Shown piece by piece: positions 63,000 through 64,000 of a DNA stretch of 64,000 nt; positions within the stretch are counted from its first letter, which is position 1; each line of letters begins with the position of its first letter. A program made the position numbers and the translations under genes. This DNA comes from the human T2T-CHM13v2.0 reference genome, Homo sapiens. The DNA lies in the NCBI RefSeq assembly GCF_009914755.1, contig NC_060926.1; one strand, 5' to 3'. The notes below the pieces were generated by a model. It was not told the DNA's origin. It worked only from the letters and a program-made list of their open reading frames with translations, and made no database searches.

Positions 63000-64000
63000 G
63001 AGAGAAAGATGGCAGATAAGAGGCAGGGCTAACGTGCAGCTCCCACTTGGACAGATGGAACAACATGTGGAGACTCACGCTATGGACTTTTGCTCCAAGA
63101 ACCACTGCAGGAACCTACCAGGAAAACCTAAGTAATTCAAATATCCTTGAAAGAAGCAGCACACTGCTGCAAACTCCACAAGACAGATAAAAAACATGGG
63201 TGCTCTCTTGCAAGCACCACCTCCTGACTGGAGGCCAACCAACTTAAGACATTACAGTAACTCATGACAGAATAACCCTGCTTCAAGGAAAGAGAAAACA
63301 ACAGGTAATTCCACTGCCTGAAACATCCTAGCTAATAAGAAGTCCTGAGTCTGTGCACATGACAACTTCACTGCTAGTATAACAAGCATTCAAGAAAGCC
63401 ATCACACTAAACACATCTACCACCAAGGACTCTCATATAGTCTACTTCACTCCCCTGACACCTACATGAAAGCAGGTGCTGTTATCCATGCCTGGAAGAC
63501 CTGAAGATGGATCACATCACAGGGCATTTTGCAGACATTCTCCAGCAACAGCCCAGAATCTGATAGCCCCGCTGGGTGACTAAGCCCAGAAGAGCTATAA
63601 CAATCTCTGCAGTCTCCCAAAAAGCCTTATCCCTAGGGAAAGGGGGAGTGCACCACATCAAGGAATCACCTCATGGGACAAAAGAATCTGAACAGTAGCT
63701 CTTGGGTTACAGATTTTTCCACTGAAAAGGTCTAACCAAATGAGATGAAATCAGAAAAGTAAGTCTGATAATATTACATAACTAGGTTTTATAAAACCCC
63801 ACAAATACCACACTGGCTCCCCGGCAATGGACCCTAACCAAGAAGAAATCTCTGAATTGCCAGATAAAGAATTCAGAAGATTGATTATTAAGCTACTCAA
63901 GGAGGTATCAGAGAAAGGTGAAAAACAACTTACAGAAATAAAGAGAAGAAAAATACAGGATATAGATGAGAAAGTCTCTGGGGAAATAGATACCATAAAG
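63000..64000 (+). mobile_element. L1PB 5' end (5'UTR and start of ORF1), runs off the window
   Basis: 'aagatggcagataagaggcagg...gcagctcccacttggacag...gtggagactc'; ORF1-like 'atggaccctaaccaagaagaaatctctgaattgccagataaagaattcagaag'. Confidence 0.85.

Overview
Human genomic DNA: an AT-rich, L1-rich intergenic or intronic window. The human-specific AluYb8 at 25158 fixes the species. I find no supportable protein-coding gene, RNA gene or CRISPR array; the ORF track is explained by L1/Alu/LTR remnants and chance ORFs. Roughly half of the window is interspersed repeat: 13 near-full-length Alus plus one fragment, several L1PA/L1PB/L1M pieces, solo LTRs (MLT1A, MLT2, MER21, LTR33, THE1, MER41A, two ERV1-type LTRs), MER58, MADE1, MIRs and microsatellites. 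Subfamily names come from recalled consensus diagnostics, not from a RepeatMasker run. The most notable structure is a single 2.17-kb insertion (13991-16160) bounded by a perfect 15-bp target-site duplication (TSD). It consists of a twin-primed (5'-inverted) L1PA ORF2 end joined, exactly at the L1 CATAG|GTGGGA splice site, to about 1 kb of non-L1 sequence with its own AATAAA and A-tail. This looks like a retrocopy of an L1 transcript spliced to a foreign terminal exon, with ORF2p's last three residues swapped in frame (GGN* to ELP*). Other candidates are a possible 5' transduction and spliced 5'UTR at the L1PB at the window end, an AluSp/AluY chimera with intact TSDs, and a ~50-bp templated duplication.
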